The notes: generated from the sequence alone by a model not told the origin. A DNA stretch of 35,131 nucleotides from an uncultured Clostridium sp. (GCA_964652515.1 CAZZAK010000001.1:1-35131); one strand, 5' to 3'. Positions 8,541 through 17,056 are shown, numbered from the stretch's first letter. Numbers and translations are program-made.

Positions 8541-9095
8541 ATGAAGAAAAGATTAATTATAATATCTTTAATTATTTTGTTAGTTACATCAGTTGTTTTG
8601 ATGGATACATATGCGTTGTTTGAGACAAATGCTAATGCTACGAAGGAACTTACCAAAGGTAAGTGGATAATTGAAATTAATGGAGAAGATATTACAGAAA
8701 CTGAGACTATTACGCTAGATGATTTTGTATATGATAATTCAATTCATACACAAGATGGTTATTTTGCTCCAGGAAGTGATGTATATTTTGATATAGAAGT
8801 AGATACATCAGAGTCTGATGTTTCTGTTATATATGAAATAGATATTGATGATAGTGCTTTGGATGATCATCCTAATATATCTTTTAGTGTAGAGAATTTA
8901 AATACTTTAGAAGAAGTAGATGAATTTCCAATGACAGATACGATTCTTTTAAGTGACAATGATAGAACTATTACTTTAAGAATTCATTTGACATGGGAAG
9001 ATGATGAAGATTATGACCAGGATGATACTTTATTAATTGATGGAGAATTAGCGTTTACAATTACTGCTAATTTTAAGCAGTATTTAGGTTTATAA
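8541..9095 (+). CDS. Exported protein with SipW-cognate signal peptide, TasA/camelysin-superfamily-like (putative fibre/matrix subunit)
   Basis: MKKR + hydrophobic core + DTYALFETNANAT (cf. the GTxAxF motif of TasA/camelysin signals). C-terminal W-acidic loop (RIHLTWEDDEDYDQDD) and terminal strand FTITANFKQ. Confidence 0.6.
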   Translation: MKKRLIIISLIILLVTSVVLMDTYALFETNANATKELTKGKWIIEINGEDITETETITLDDFVYDNSIHTQDGYFAPGSDVYFDIEVDTSESDVSVIYEIDIDDSALDDHPNISFSVENLNTLEEVDEFPMTDTILLSDNDRTITLRIHLTWEDDEDYDQDDTLLIDGELAFTITANFKQYLGL

Positions 9096-9121
9096 AAAAG
9101 AATAAGAAGGGAAGGTGCATA

Positions 9122-9928
9122 GTGATAGCTTTTAAGAAAATTGCTAAGTGGATAATGAATGTTTTTACAATTATCTTGCTTATAATACTATCTTTAGTAA
9201 TTTATGGAAAAGCTACTACTGTTTCTAAGGGTAGTTATCCAAATTACTTTGGATATACTTTTTTTGAAGTAGCTAGTGGCTCTATGGAACCTACTCTTCA
9301 TATTAATGATGTTATATTGGTAAAAATAACAAAAGAAAATTTAAAAAAAGGTGACATTATTGCTTTTCATCAGGATGATGCTATTATTACTCATAGAATT
9401 GTTTATATTGATGGAGAAGTGTTAACAGTAAAAGGTGATAACAATAATACGATTGATAATCCTATAGTGGTCAATGATGTTATAGGTAAAATAGTTAAGA
9501 TATATCCTGAATTAGGAATATGGAAGAAAGTTTTGAAAGAACCTAAAATACTAGCTTTAATTTTTGTCACGATGTTACTTTTTGATTTTGCTTTATCATA
9601 TGATGGTAAGAAAGACAAGAAAGTAAAAGAAAAGAAAGAAGAAATAAAAGAAGTTGTTTCTTATGAAGTACCTAAGAAAAAGGAAAATCATGAGAGTGAA
9701 GAATTACTTTCTTTAACTAGAAAGATTGATGTTTCTGAAATTAATAAATTACTTGAGGAAAGTAATGATAAAGAAACTAAAAAAGAAGTAGAAAAAGTTA
9801 AGACTGAGATGGTTAAGGAGGAAAATATTTTTCCAGAAGAACCTAAGAAAAAGGAAAAAAATATAGATTATACTGTTCGTTTGGACTTAAATGAGATTCA
9901 TAAAAAGGTTGACGAACGAATGAGGTGA
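9122..9928 (+). CDS. sipW: Signal peptidase I, SipW (archaeal/ER) type, with a long Lys/Glu-rich C-terminal extension
   Basis: VASGSMEPTLHINDVILVK (Ser box), IITHRIV (His box), VKGDNN. A C-terminal TM helix is followed by about 100 aa of a KE-rich tail. GTG start after GGGAAGGTG. Confidence 0.8.
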   Translation: MIAFKKIAKWIMNVFTIILLIILSLVIYGKATTVSKGSYPNYFGYTFFEVASGSMEPTLHINDVILVKITKENLKKGDIIAFHQDDAIITHRIVYIDGEVLTVKGDNNNTIDNPIVVNDVIGKIVKIYPELGIWKKVLKEPKILALIFVTMLLFDFALSYDGKKDKKVKEKKEEIKEVVSYEVPKKKENHESEELLSLTRKIDVSEINKLLEESNDKETKKEVEKVKTEMVKEENIFPEEPKKKEKNIDYTVRLDLNEIHKKVDERMR

Positions 9929-9933
9929 AAATA

Positions 9934-10530
9934 ATGAAAGGAATTAGAAAGATATTTTTAAATATTAATTATAAAAAATTAACAAAATATTTGTTTCTTT
10001 CTTTCCTTTTGTTAATAACATTAATTTTATTTGGAACATTTGATTTTACTCAAGCTAGATATGAGAGTGAAGTAGAAGTATCAGGTGGTCCTACATTGGC
10101 TTTCTTTATTGTAGATGTTACCACTCAGAGTGGTCATATTAAGTTAGATGAAATGATACCTAGAACTGAACCTTATACTTATACTTTTAATGTGTCTAAT
10201 TTTAATAATCAAAAGAGAGCTAATGTTGATTTAACTTATACGATAGAAGTTATTACTACTACTAATATGCCATTAAATTTTCAAATATTTAAGGGTAATG
10301 ATATGAATACTATGCAAGTAGATCATGATACTACTACTACAGATGAAAATGGAGTATATTATAGACATTTAGTAATTGATGATGCTTCAATAATGACATA
10401 TAGTGCTAATCATACTGATACATATACTTTATGGGTTGAGTTTCCTTTGGAAAATAAGGATTATCCTGATAAATATGAAGGTATTATTGATTTAGTAGAT
10501 ATAAAAATAGTAGCTGAGCAGGTAGTTTAA
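9934..10530 (+). CDS. Exported protein with SipW-cognate-like signal peptide, TasA-superfamily-like
   Basis: The ATG at 9934 lies 5 nt after GAGGTGA (the GTG at 9925 lies within the RBS). Hydrophobic core + GTFDFTQARYESE. DTYTLWVEFPLENKDYPD, and terminal strand DIKIVAEQ. Confidence 0.55.
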   Translation: MKGIRKIFLNINYKKLTKYLFLSFLLLITLILFGTFDFTQARYESEVEVSGGPTLAFFIVDVTTQSGHIKLDEMIPRTEPYTYTFNVSNFNNQKRANVDLTYTIEVITTTNMPLNFQIFKGNDMNTMQVDHDTTTTDENGVYYRHLVIDDASIMTYSANHTDTYTLWVEFPLENKDYPDKYEGIIDLVDIKIVAEQVV

Positions 10531-10531
10531 T

Positions 10532-11452
10532 ATGAAAAAGAAAATAAAGTATAAAAAAATTATTATATTGATTATGGCAATATTATTCTTAATATTTGTT
10601 GGGCCTATTTTGGCTAAGTTTGTAACTGATACGTATCATAGTTACTATCTTAGTTCTAAACATTTTTATTTTACTAGTAATAGATTAAAAAAGAACAATC
10701 CTACTTATTTAGTTAATAATTGGTCTGGTGTTGGATCTTTTAATATTGATGTAGGACTTAGTTCTATGAAAAACAGTTTGGTTTATTCAGATTATGATAT
10801 TCCTTATACTATAAGATGTGTTTGCCCTACTGGTGTAACATGTAGTTTTGATAAGACAAGTAGTACTATCTATGGTGCTGATCCTAATCATGCTGATTCT
10901 GTGGTATTATCAGTTAATCCTGGTAGAACATATTCGGAAAACGAGAGGTTATCTATTTATATTGAAGCTTCTAGTACAGCTCCTTATGTGGAAACTATTG
11001 GTGCTTATTTTGAATATGTTGTTGGTAAGCAAGGTGTTACTTATGAGATAGAGGATGAAGCTAATAGGCCTTATTTGATATTAAAAATTACTAGTGCTAT
11101 AAATTTCTGTAAGGTTACTAGTGCTTTTCTAACTTATCAAGTAAATGATATAATTAGTAGTAATACTTATGTTACTTTGTCTCCGGAAAATAAATTGAAA
11201 TGCGCTAGTAAAAAAATTGATTTGAGTTTTAATCCTAGTGTTATATTGTTGGATACTACAAGTAATATTGTTGATGTGAGTACTTATACTACACAAACTA
11301 TATCTTCTGTTGATTATATTAATAGTCTTTCTTTTGGAATTGGTCCTGTTAGTACAATGGCTATTAAATTTTATAAGGTGAATGTTAGTAATAATTATAC
11401 TTATCCATACGAAAATAGCAGTAGTGTTGTTACAGTTAATGTTCATGATTAA
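10532..11452 (+). CDS. Exported or membrane-anchored protein of unknown function (6 Cys), part of the SipW/TasA-like operon
   Basis: MKKKIKYKK + hydrophobic core + ILAKFVTDTYHSYY. Starts 1 nt after the upstream stop. No recognisable enzymatic motif. Confidence 0.5.
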   Translation: MKKKIKYKKIIILIMAILFLIFVGPILAKFVTDTYHSYYLSSKHFYFTSNRLKKNNPTYLVNNWSGVGSFNIDVGLSSMKNSLVYSDYDIPYTIRCVCPTGVTCSFDKTSSTIYGADPNHADSVVLSVNPGRTYSENERLSIYIEASSTAPYVETIGAYFEYVVGKQGVTYEIEDEANRPYLILKITSAINFCKVTSAFLTYQVNDIISSNTYVTLSPENKLKCASKKIDLSFNPSVILLDTTSNIVDVSTYTTQTISSVDYINSLSFGIGPVSTMAIKFYKVNVSNNYTYPYENSSSVVTVNVHD

Positions 11453-11465
11453 TTGAGGTGATTTT

Positions 11466-12443
11466 ATGGACTACAATATTGTTGATAAATATATTAATTT
11501 TATTAGAGAATCTTATATGGATTTATGTAAGATAGTATTTAAAAGTAATTGTAAGAAGGAATTATGTTTAGCTTTTATAGAGAAATATATTACTGTTAGA
11601 TATTATAATGAAACTAATTATCCTGGGGAAAAAGATTTTATTAATAGAATTAATAAAGAATTATTAGATTTATTAGATAAATTGGTACTTGATGATAATT
11701 TAGATGATCTTAAAAATATTGTAGCTTTGTTTGGATATATATTCTATTTTGATGATGTTTGCGTTATGACTAGGGAGATGGAAGTTATAGATGCAATTAT
11801 TAATGATGGTATTATTAAAATATCTAATAGTGATAATATGCATGAGGAACTTAAGAGTTGGTATCTTAGTTATAATTTAAATAAAGAGAGATTTCATGAT
11901 GCAATTAATACTAAGAAATTTAATTTAGTAGAAGAAAAAATACATCATAGATTATATAGTTTAGTATTAGAACATAGTGTTAGAATATCTAATTTATATA
12001 GTGAATATGCTATTGATAAGGCTTATAATAGTGGAGTAGTTAATGAAGATAAGTTGTTTGTTACTTATATATTGGCTTCTAATACGGTTTTAAGTAATGC
12101 TATTAATTTAGATTTTTCTAAGTATTATCTTGTTTCTTTAGCTAGTACTTTATTTACTAAAGAGAAGAAGATTAGTAGATTACTTAATGTTATAGATAAT
12201 CCTTTATCTAAGAAGTTTATTCATATTAAGGTTACTTATACTGATTATAAGGAAAATAAAAATATGATAGATAAACTTATTAATTCTGGATATTCATTTA
12301 TTATGGAATTAGATTCTAAGTATTCAGGAGATAGCAATATGTTGTATTTATTTCCATATATAATGGTACAAAAGGATAGCCCTGAATATGAAATGTTAAT
12401 GAGAGATAAAGATTATCTTAAATCTAAGATTATTAAGTTTTAG
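11466..12443 (+). CDS. Cytoplasmic protein of unknown function; first gene of the McrB-like cassette
   Basis: RBS GAGGTGA. No TM helix or signal peptide. The C-terminal half (IHIKVTYTD...GYSFIMELDSKYSGDS...LFPYIMVQKD) could be read as a degenerate EAL-type barrel or as D...(D/E)xK. The ambiguity is unresolved. Confidence 0.5.
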   Translation: MDYNIVDKYINFIRESYMDLCKIVFKSNCKKELCLAFIEKYITVRYYNETNYPGEKDFINRINKELLDLLDKLVLDDNLDDLKNIVALFGYIFYFDDVCVMTREMEVIDAIINDGIIKISNSDNMHEELKSWYLSYNLNKERFHDAINTKKFNLVEEKIHHRLYSLVLEHSVRISNLYSEYAIDKAYNSGVVNEDKLFVTYILASNTVLSNAINLDFSKYYLVSLASTLFTKEKKISRLLNVIDNPLSKKFIHIKVTYTDYKENKNMIDKLINSGYSFIMELDSKYSGDSNMLYLFPYIMVQKDSPEYEMLMRDKDYLKSKIIKF

Positions 12444-12452
12444 GAGGTAAAA

Positions 12453-13976
12453 ATGGATACATTTTTAAGGTTTTTATATGAATTTTTATCACAATTTTTT
12501 AATGGTCTTAAATATATGGTATTAGGTATATTCAACGGTTTTAAAAGTATATTTAATTTACCTGAATATGTAAAAGTTATTAATGAATATAAAAATGATT
12601 TTTCTATTCCTGAATGGTTACTTGTAGCGGTGGTTATTTTAGTTACTTTGGCTTTACTTGCTTTGATTATATTTATGGTATATTTCTTAATTAGAAAGTA
12701 TATTAGAATAAGGAAGTCTTTAGTGGAACAAGAATCTTTGCTTGAAGAGGTTAGTACTTTAAATAACGAAGTAGCTAAATTAGTAAAAGAAAAAGAAACT
12801 ATTTTGGCTATGAAGGTATCTAAGCTAGGACTTAAGCCTGATGAATCTGATGTAGAAGAGGGCGGTGGGGAATCTGATAATGTAGATCCTAATACAGAAA
12901 TTAGATTTCCTAAATTATATGAAGTTGATAATAAATTTAAGGATTATAAGGTAGCTAATTATGGTAATACATTTGAATTACCTGAATTAGTAGAGTTATT
13001 TAGAAATTTTGCTGCTAGTCATTTAAGATTATATTATACTACAGATATGATTAGATTATTTATATCAGCATTAGCTTCAACAAAACTTGTAATTTTACAA
13101 GGTATATCTGGTACAGGTAAGACATCTTTGGCTTATGCTTGGGGAAAATTTTTGAAACATGACTCTTGTATTGCTTCAGTACAACCATCTTGGCGTGATA
13201 GAACAGAGTTATTTGGATATTTTAACGAATTTACTAAACGTTTTAATGAGACAGAAGTGTTAAAAGAAATGTATGTTGCTGGATATACTGATGATGTATA
13301 TACAGTAATACTAGATGAAATGAATATCTCTCGTGTGGAATATTATTTTGCAGAAATGTTATCTATACTAGAGATGCCTAATAAAGATGAATGGATAGTA
13401 GAAATAGTACCTAGTGCTTGGAAGAGTGACCCAGTTCATTTAATGGAAGGTAAATTAAAGATACCTCCTAATATGTGGTATATTGGTACGATCAATAATG
13501 ATGACTCAACGTTTATGGTTACTGATAAGGTTTATGACCGTGCTATGCCTATTGATATTAATGATAAAGGTCAAGTTTTTGAACCTGAAGATATTCCTGC
13601 ACAGGATATTAATTATTCATATTTGGATAAGAAGTTCCAAGATGCTATTAGTAATAATCCTATTCATGAAGATAATTTGAAAAAGATTGAAGCTATGGAT
13701 GATTATGTTATTCAACATTTTAGAATAGCTTTTGGTAACAGAATTGTTGCCCACATGAGAAAATTTGTTCCTGTATTTGTAGCATGTGGGGGAGATGAAA
13801 TTAGGGGTATTGATTACTTTATAGCTCGTAAGATATTAAGAAAATTTGAACAATTAAATATTGCTTATATAAGAGATGAAATTGATGGATTTGTTAAGTT
13901 CTTGAATGATAATTTTGGTGAAAACAAGATGAGTGAATGTATTGAATATCTATTGAGACTTAAGAAAATGGCGTAG
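12453..13976 (+). CDS. Membrane-anchored McrB-like AAA+ GTPase (N-terminal TM helix + coiled coil + McrB-type AAA+ core)
   Basis: RBS AGGAGGT. TM helix WLLVAVVILVTLALLALIIFMVYFLI followed by RKYIRIRK. Walker A LQGISGTGKTS. Walker B and following helix VILDEMNISRVEYYFAEMLSILE (McrB-type DExN...E). NMWYIGTINNDDST matches the McrB NxxD (MNTAD) segment. Confidence 0.7.
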   Translation: MDTFLRFLYEFLSQFFNGLKYMVLGIFNGFKSIFNLPEYVKVINEYKNDFSIPEWLLVAVVILVTLALLALIIFMVYFLIRKYIRIRKSLVEQESLLEEVSTLNNEVAKLVKEKETILAMKVSKLGLKPDESDVEEGGGESDNVDPNTEIRFPKLYEVDNKFKDYKVANYGNTFELPELVELFRNFAASHLRLYYTTDMIRLFISALASTKLVILQGISGTGKTSLAYAWGKFLKHDSCIASVQPSWRDRTELFGYFNEFTKRFNETEVLKEMYVAGYTDDVYTVILDEMNISRVEYYFAEMLSILEMPNKDEWIVEIVPSAWKSDPVHLMEGKLKIPPNMWYIGTINNDDSTFMVTDKVYDRAMPIDINDKGQVFEPEDIPAQDINYSYLDKKFQDAISNNPIHEDNLKKIEAMDDYVIQHFRIAFGNRIVAHMRKFVPVFVACGGDEIRGIDYFIARKILRKFEQLNIAYIRDEIDGFVKFLNDNFGENKMSECIEYLLRLKKMA

Positions 13977-13983
13977 GTGAGTT

Positions 13984-15093
13984 ATGGATAAATTAAAAGT
14001 GGTTGACTTATATGAGAAAGCTAATGAGACTAAGGGTGTAAAATTTAATAATAATATTCGTTCTAATTTAACTGTTAGTACAGATATGAAGAGAGTAGAA
14101 GTAGATTTTGAATGGTTAGATTTAATGGAGGATACTATTAAGTACTTAGATAATATTTTAAGAAATCCTAACAGATTTATTGTTAACGAAGAAGAGATTG
14201 TTAAGGTGGAACTTGCTAGAAGAATAACGGTAGAGAGTATTAGACATTTATCTAAGCATACTAACTATATTCAAAAGATAGAGGATAATGGTGATGTTAA
14301 ACCTTCTAAAATACTTAATATTCAAAAAGATGAGAGTTATGATACATATGAAAATAGGCTTATTTATACTTTAATTGAGAATATGCGTAATTTTTTAGAA
14401 TTAAAGAAAAAAAGTTTGGTTACTTCTGCTAGTTTAAAAGATGTTAAGAAAGCTAAATATAGTGCTAAAAGTATGGTTGGTAAAGAGCAAGTGTTTTTAG
14501 AAATGAATTATACTTCTAGTTTGATGGATAAAAAAGAACCTAAAGGTGAAATTCCTTTAGCTGATAGATTACAAAGACTTGATGATGATATTACAATGTT
14601 AACCAATACGGATGTATATAAGACATTAAAAAAATTACATGTTGCTAGAGTTATCCCTCCGATTAAGAAAACAAATGTAATTTTGAAAAATACAAACTTT
14701 CAGTATGCTATGAAGTTGTGGGATTATTTGCAGGAACATGTTGCTAATGATACAAAAGTTGTTAAGAGTAATCGTAAGTATGAAGAAAGTGGTGTATTGA
14801 AAGAGTATATGGATAATACTTTCTTATTAGATTTTTTGGCAATGGATACTTTATCAGAGGTTGATAGTAAAGAGAAAGAAATGGAAGTTATTGAAGAAAT
14901 TACTGATAACTTACTTCAAAGAATAGTGGAGCTTAATGTTGATATGCCGCTTACTACTTTGAAAGAAAAAATTGGAGATAAGATAGCTATTATTAAGTAT
15001 CGTAAGGAAGCTAGTTTGGCTGAGATACAAAATACTTTTTCTAAGGCTATTAAGGATTATTTAGAAGATATAGAAAATTTAAAATTAGGGTGA
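13984..15093 (+). CDS. McrC / DUF2357-like N-terminal domain protein without a recognisable PD-(D/E)xK nuclease
   Basis: RBS AGGTGA, 7 nt after the McrB-like stop. SYDTYENRLIYTLIENM resembles the conserved DTxxNRxIKxxL segment of the McrC N-terminal domain. The C-terminal half is acidic and helical and has no hydrophobic-strand D...(D/E)xK motif. Confidence 0.5.
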   Translation: MDKLKVVDLYEKANETKGVKFNNNIRSNLTVSTDMKRVEVDFEWLDLMEDTIKYLDNILRNPNRFIVNEEEIVKVELARRITVESIRHLSKHTNYIQKIEDNGDVKPSKILNIQKDESYDTYENRLIYTLIENMRNFLELKKKSLVTSASLKDVKKAKYSAKSMVGKEQVFLEMNYTSSLMDKKEPKGEIPLADRLQRLDDDITMLTNTDVYKTLKKLHVARVIPPIKKTNVILKNTNFQYAMKLWDYLQEHVANDTKVVKSNRKYEESGVLKEYMDNTFLLDFLAMDTLSEVDSKEKEMEVIEEITDNLLQRIVELNVDMPLTTLKEKIGDKIAIIKYRKEASLAEIQNTFSKAIKDYLEDIENLKLG

Positions 15094-15097
15094 TGAT

Positions 15098-15649
15098 ATG
15101 AAAATACTTTATAAGATTATTAAAGGGATTATTACTGTGTTTTTATTAATAGTATTATCTTTAGTTATATTTCAAAAAGTTACTAATAATAAAATAGTAG
15201 TTGGTAATGTATATGTTTTTCAGGTTGCTTCTGGGTCTATGAAGCCTTATTATAAAATAGGTGATATTGTAGTAGTTAAAAAAACAGATGCTTCTTCTTT
15301 AAAAGTTGGCGATGATGTTACTTACTTGGGGCGCGAGAGTAATTTAAATGGCCTTGTTATTACACATAGAATTATTTCTATTAGAGATGATAATGGTAAA
15401 CTTTATTTTACTACTAAAGGTACTGCTAATGATGTAGAAGATCCTGAAATTACTATTGATGATATATATGGTAAAGTTATGTATAAGACTATTTTATTTA
15501 GTTTTGTTGGTAGGCTTATGACTAATATTACTGTTTATTATTTATTGTTTGTATCAGTGGGAGTGGCTTTTGCTTATGAAGTCATTACAGCATTTTTTAT
15601 AAAGGATGATGATAGTGATGATAAAGAAAAGGAAGAAGATAAAGTTTAA
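15098..15649 (+). CDS. sipW: Signal peptidase I, SipW (archaeal/ER) type
   Basis: VASGSMKPYYKIGDIVVVKK (Ser box), VITHRII (His box), TKGTANDVED. N- and C-terminal TM helices and an acidic tail. Confidence 0.8.
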   Translation: MKILYKIIKGIITVFLLIVLSLVIFQKVTNNKIVVGNVYVFQVASGSMKPYYKIGDIVVVKKTDASSLKVGDDVTYLGRESNLNGLVITHRIISIRDDNGKLYFTTKGTANDVEDPEITIDDIYGKVMYKTILFSFVGRLMTNITVYYLLFVSVGVAFAYEVITAFFIKDDDSDDKEKEEDKV

Positions 15650-16247
15650 AATATCAAGAATAATTTTTTTGATAGTTTTAATTGCTTCGAATACTTTTGC
15701 GTGGTTTATATATGCCAGTAAGGTAGATAGTGATGTATCTGTTCATATTAGAGCTTGGAATGTTGTGTTTGAGGGTGGAGATACGCAGACTTCTAGTATG
15801 ATTAACTTTGATGTTGATAGTGTTTATCCTGGTATGGAGGATTATTCATCTGATATTACGGCTTATAACTATAGTGAAGTATCTGCTAGTATGACTTTTT
15901 ACTTATTGGAAGCAAGAATACTTGGCGATACTTATGTTACTGAAGAAGGTAGGGCAGAAAGGGGCGAAACTCCTTTAGCAACAGATTTAACTAGTGCTGA
16001 ATTAATAGAACAGTTAGAAGAAGACTATCCTTTTACAATATCTTTTAATACTTCTAGTGCTACTATTGACTCTGTTGATGGCGAGGAAACTTTCACTCTA
16101 TCAGTAGTGTGGCCTTATGAGAGTAATAATGATGAATTAGATACAGAATGGGGAATAGCTGCTAATACATATAAAGAAAGCAATCCTAATAGTTCTAGCA
16201 TTGCTTTAAAAGTTAAAATTACAATTATTCAAAATAATCCTAGCTAG
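15606..16247 (+). CDS. Exported protein with SipW-cognate signal peptide, TasA-superfamily-like
   Basis: KKRKKIKFK + hydrophobic core + SNTFAWFIYASKVDSD. FTLSVVWPYESNNDELD, and terminal strand KVKITIIQ. The start is ambiguous (ATG 15606/15609, GTG 15615, ATG 15618). Every option overlaps the sipW 3' end by at least 32 nt. Confidence 0.6.
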   Translation: MMIVMIKKRKKIKFKISRIIFLIVLIASNTFAWFIYASKVDSDVSVHIRAWNVVFEGGDTQTSSMINFDVDSVYPGMEDYSSDITAYNYSEVSASMTFYLLEARILGDTYVTEEGRAERGETPLATDLTSAELIEQLEEDYPFTISFNTSSATIDSVDGEETFTLSVVWPYESNNDELDTEWGIAANTYKESNPNSSSIALKVKITIIQNNPS

Positions 16248-16264
16248 CTTTGACTAGCTTTTTG
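16242..16264 (+). terminator. Candidate terminator hairpin at the convergent gene junction
   Basis: AGCTAG (16242-16247), loop CTTTGA, CTAGCT (16254-16259), TTTTG. It lies within the 3' coding end of the minus-strand gene. Confidence 0.4.
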
Positions 16265-16843
16265 AATGAAGTTAATATTGACATCTACGCTGGCTATACC
16301 GTTCGCACTAGCTTCAGTATCGTCAGCGTTATCTAATTCTTCTCCTGTTCCATCGAACCATTCAATGTAGATACGATATGTTTCTGTTCTGGTTTGTTCT
16401 TCTAAGAGATGTGTTGCTGTTATTACTGTATCATTTGTGAAGGAAACAATGGGATCATTGTTTTTTTTGTATCCAGTGAATTTTATATCGGATACAGTAT
16501 TATCATTACTTAGTGATAAGGTTATTGTTTCATCAAATGATACTCCTACATCAGAATAATCTATTGTAATATCAAAGTATCCTGTGCTTGTTGGAGCTAT
16601 TACGCCACTGGCTATATTAGTGTTTGTATCATATACGGGGGTAATAGTGGTAGAAAAATCGCTATCATCTAATACATCCTGAGTATTAACAAGAAATGCC
16701 CATCTAGCGATAGTGAGGTCGCTAGTAGCATCAGCACTAGATATATATTTAGCATAAGTATCTTCAATCATATCTATAAGCAATATTAGAGAAATAAAAG
16801 CAATTATTAATCTTAATTTTCTGTTAGCTAGCAGCTTATTCAC
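16244..16843 (-). CDS. Exported protein with SipW-cognate signal peptide, TasA-superfamily-like (convergent paralog)
   Basis: GTG start 5 nt after AAGGAGGG. Hydrophobic core + EDTYAKYISSADATSD. APTSTGYFDITIDYSDVGVSF parallels APGSDVYFDIEVDTSESDVSV of 8541-9095. YRIYIEWFDGTGEELDNADD, and terminal strand VNINFIQ. Confidence 0.6.
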   Translation of the reverse strand: MNKLLANRKLRLIIAFISLILLIDMIEDTYAKYISSADATSDLTIARWAFLVNTQDVLDDSDFSTTITPVYDTNTNIASGVIAPTSTGYFDITIDYSDVGVSFDETITLSLSNDNTVSDIKFTGYKKNNDPIVSFTNDTVITATHLLEEQTRTETYRIYIEWFDGTGEELDNADDTEASANGIASVDVNINFIQKASQS

Positions 16844-16923
16844 ACTATCCCTCCTTTACTATATATAATAATTTTATCAAAAAAAATATGATTGGTATTT
16901 AATTTGAATATTAAAAAAAATAT

Positions 16924-16941
16924 TTGACAAATAGTTGACAA
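16924..16941. promoter_or_regulatory. Tandem TTGACAA boxes spaced 11 bp apart (candidate regulator site)
   Basis: TTGACAAATAGTTGACAA. Neither box has a properly spaced -10 on the plus strand. The site lies in the divergent control region 16844-17056. Confidence 0.3.
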
Positions 16942-16970
16942 TCAAGGAAATATAAAAATTATTCAAAAAA

Positions 16971-17013
16971 TATATATTTTCGTATTGCAATTTTTGTCAA
17001 AATAAGTTATCAT
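16971..17013. promoter_or_regulatory. Back-to-back divergent sigma-A-type promoters
   Basis: Plus strand: TTGCAA (16985-16990), 17 nt, TATCAT (17008-17013), serving 17057. Minus strand: TTGACA (rc of 16995-17000), 18 nt, TATATA (rc of 16971-16976), serving 16843. Confidence 0.4.
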
Positions 17014-17056
17014 ATATTTATATGATAGGGTATCATATTTATTATGGTGATTGTTT

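Noticed and set aside
14800-14900. EVDSK in the McrC-like protein as a possible (D/E)xK nuclease motif.
   Set aside because: It sits in an acidic, helix-like segment (SEVDSKEKEMEVIEE) without the preceding hydrophobic beta-strand expected of PD-(D/E)xK sites. It is noted only so that a profile search can settle it.
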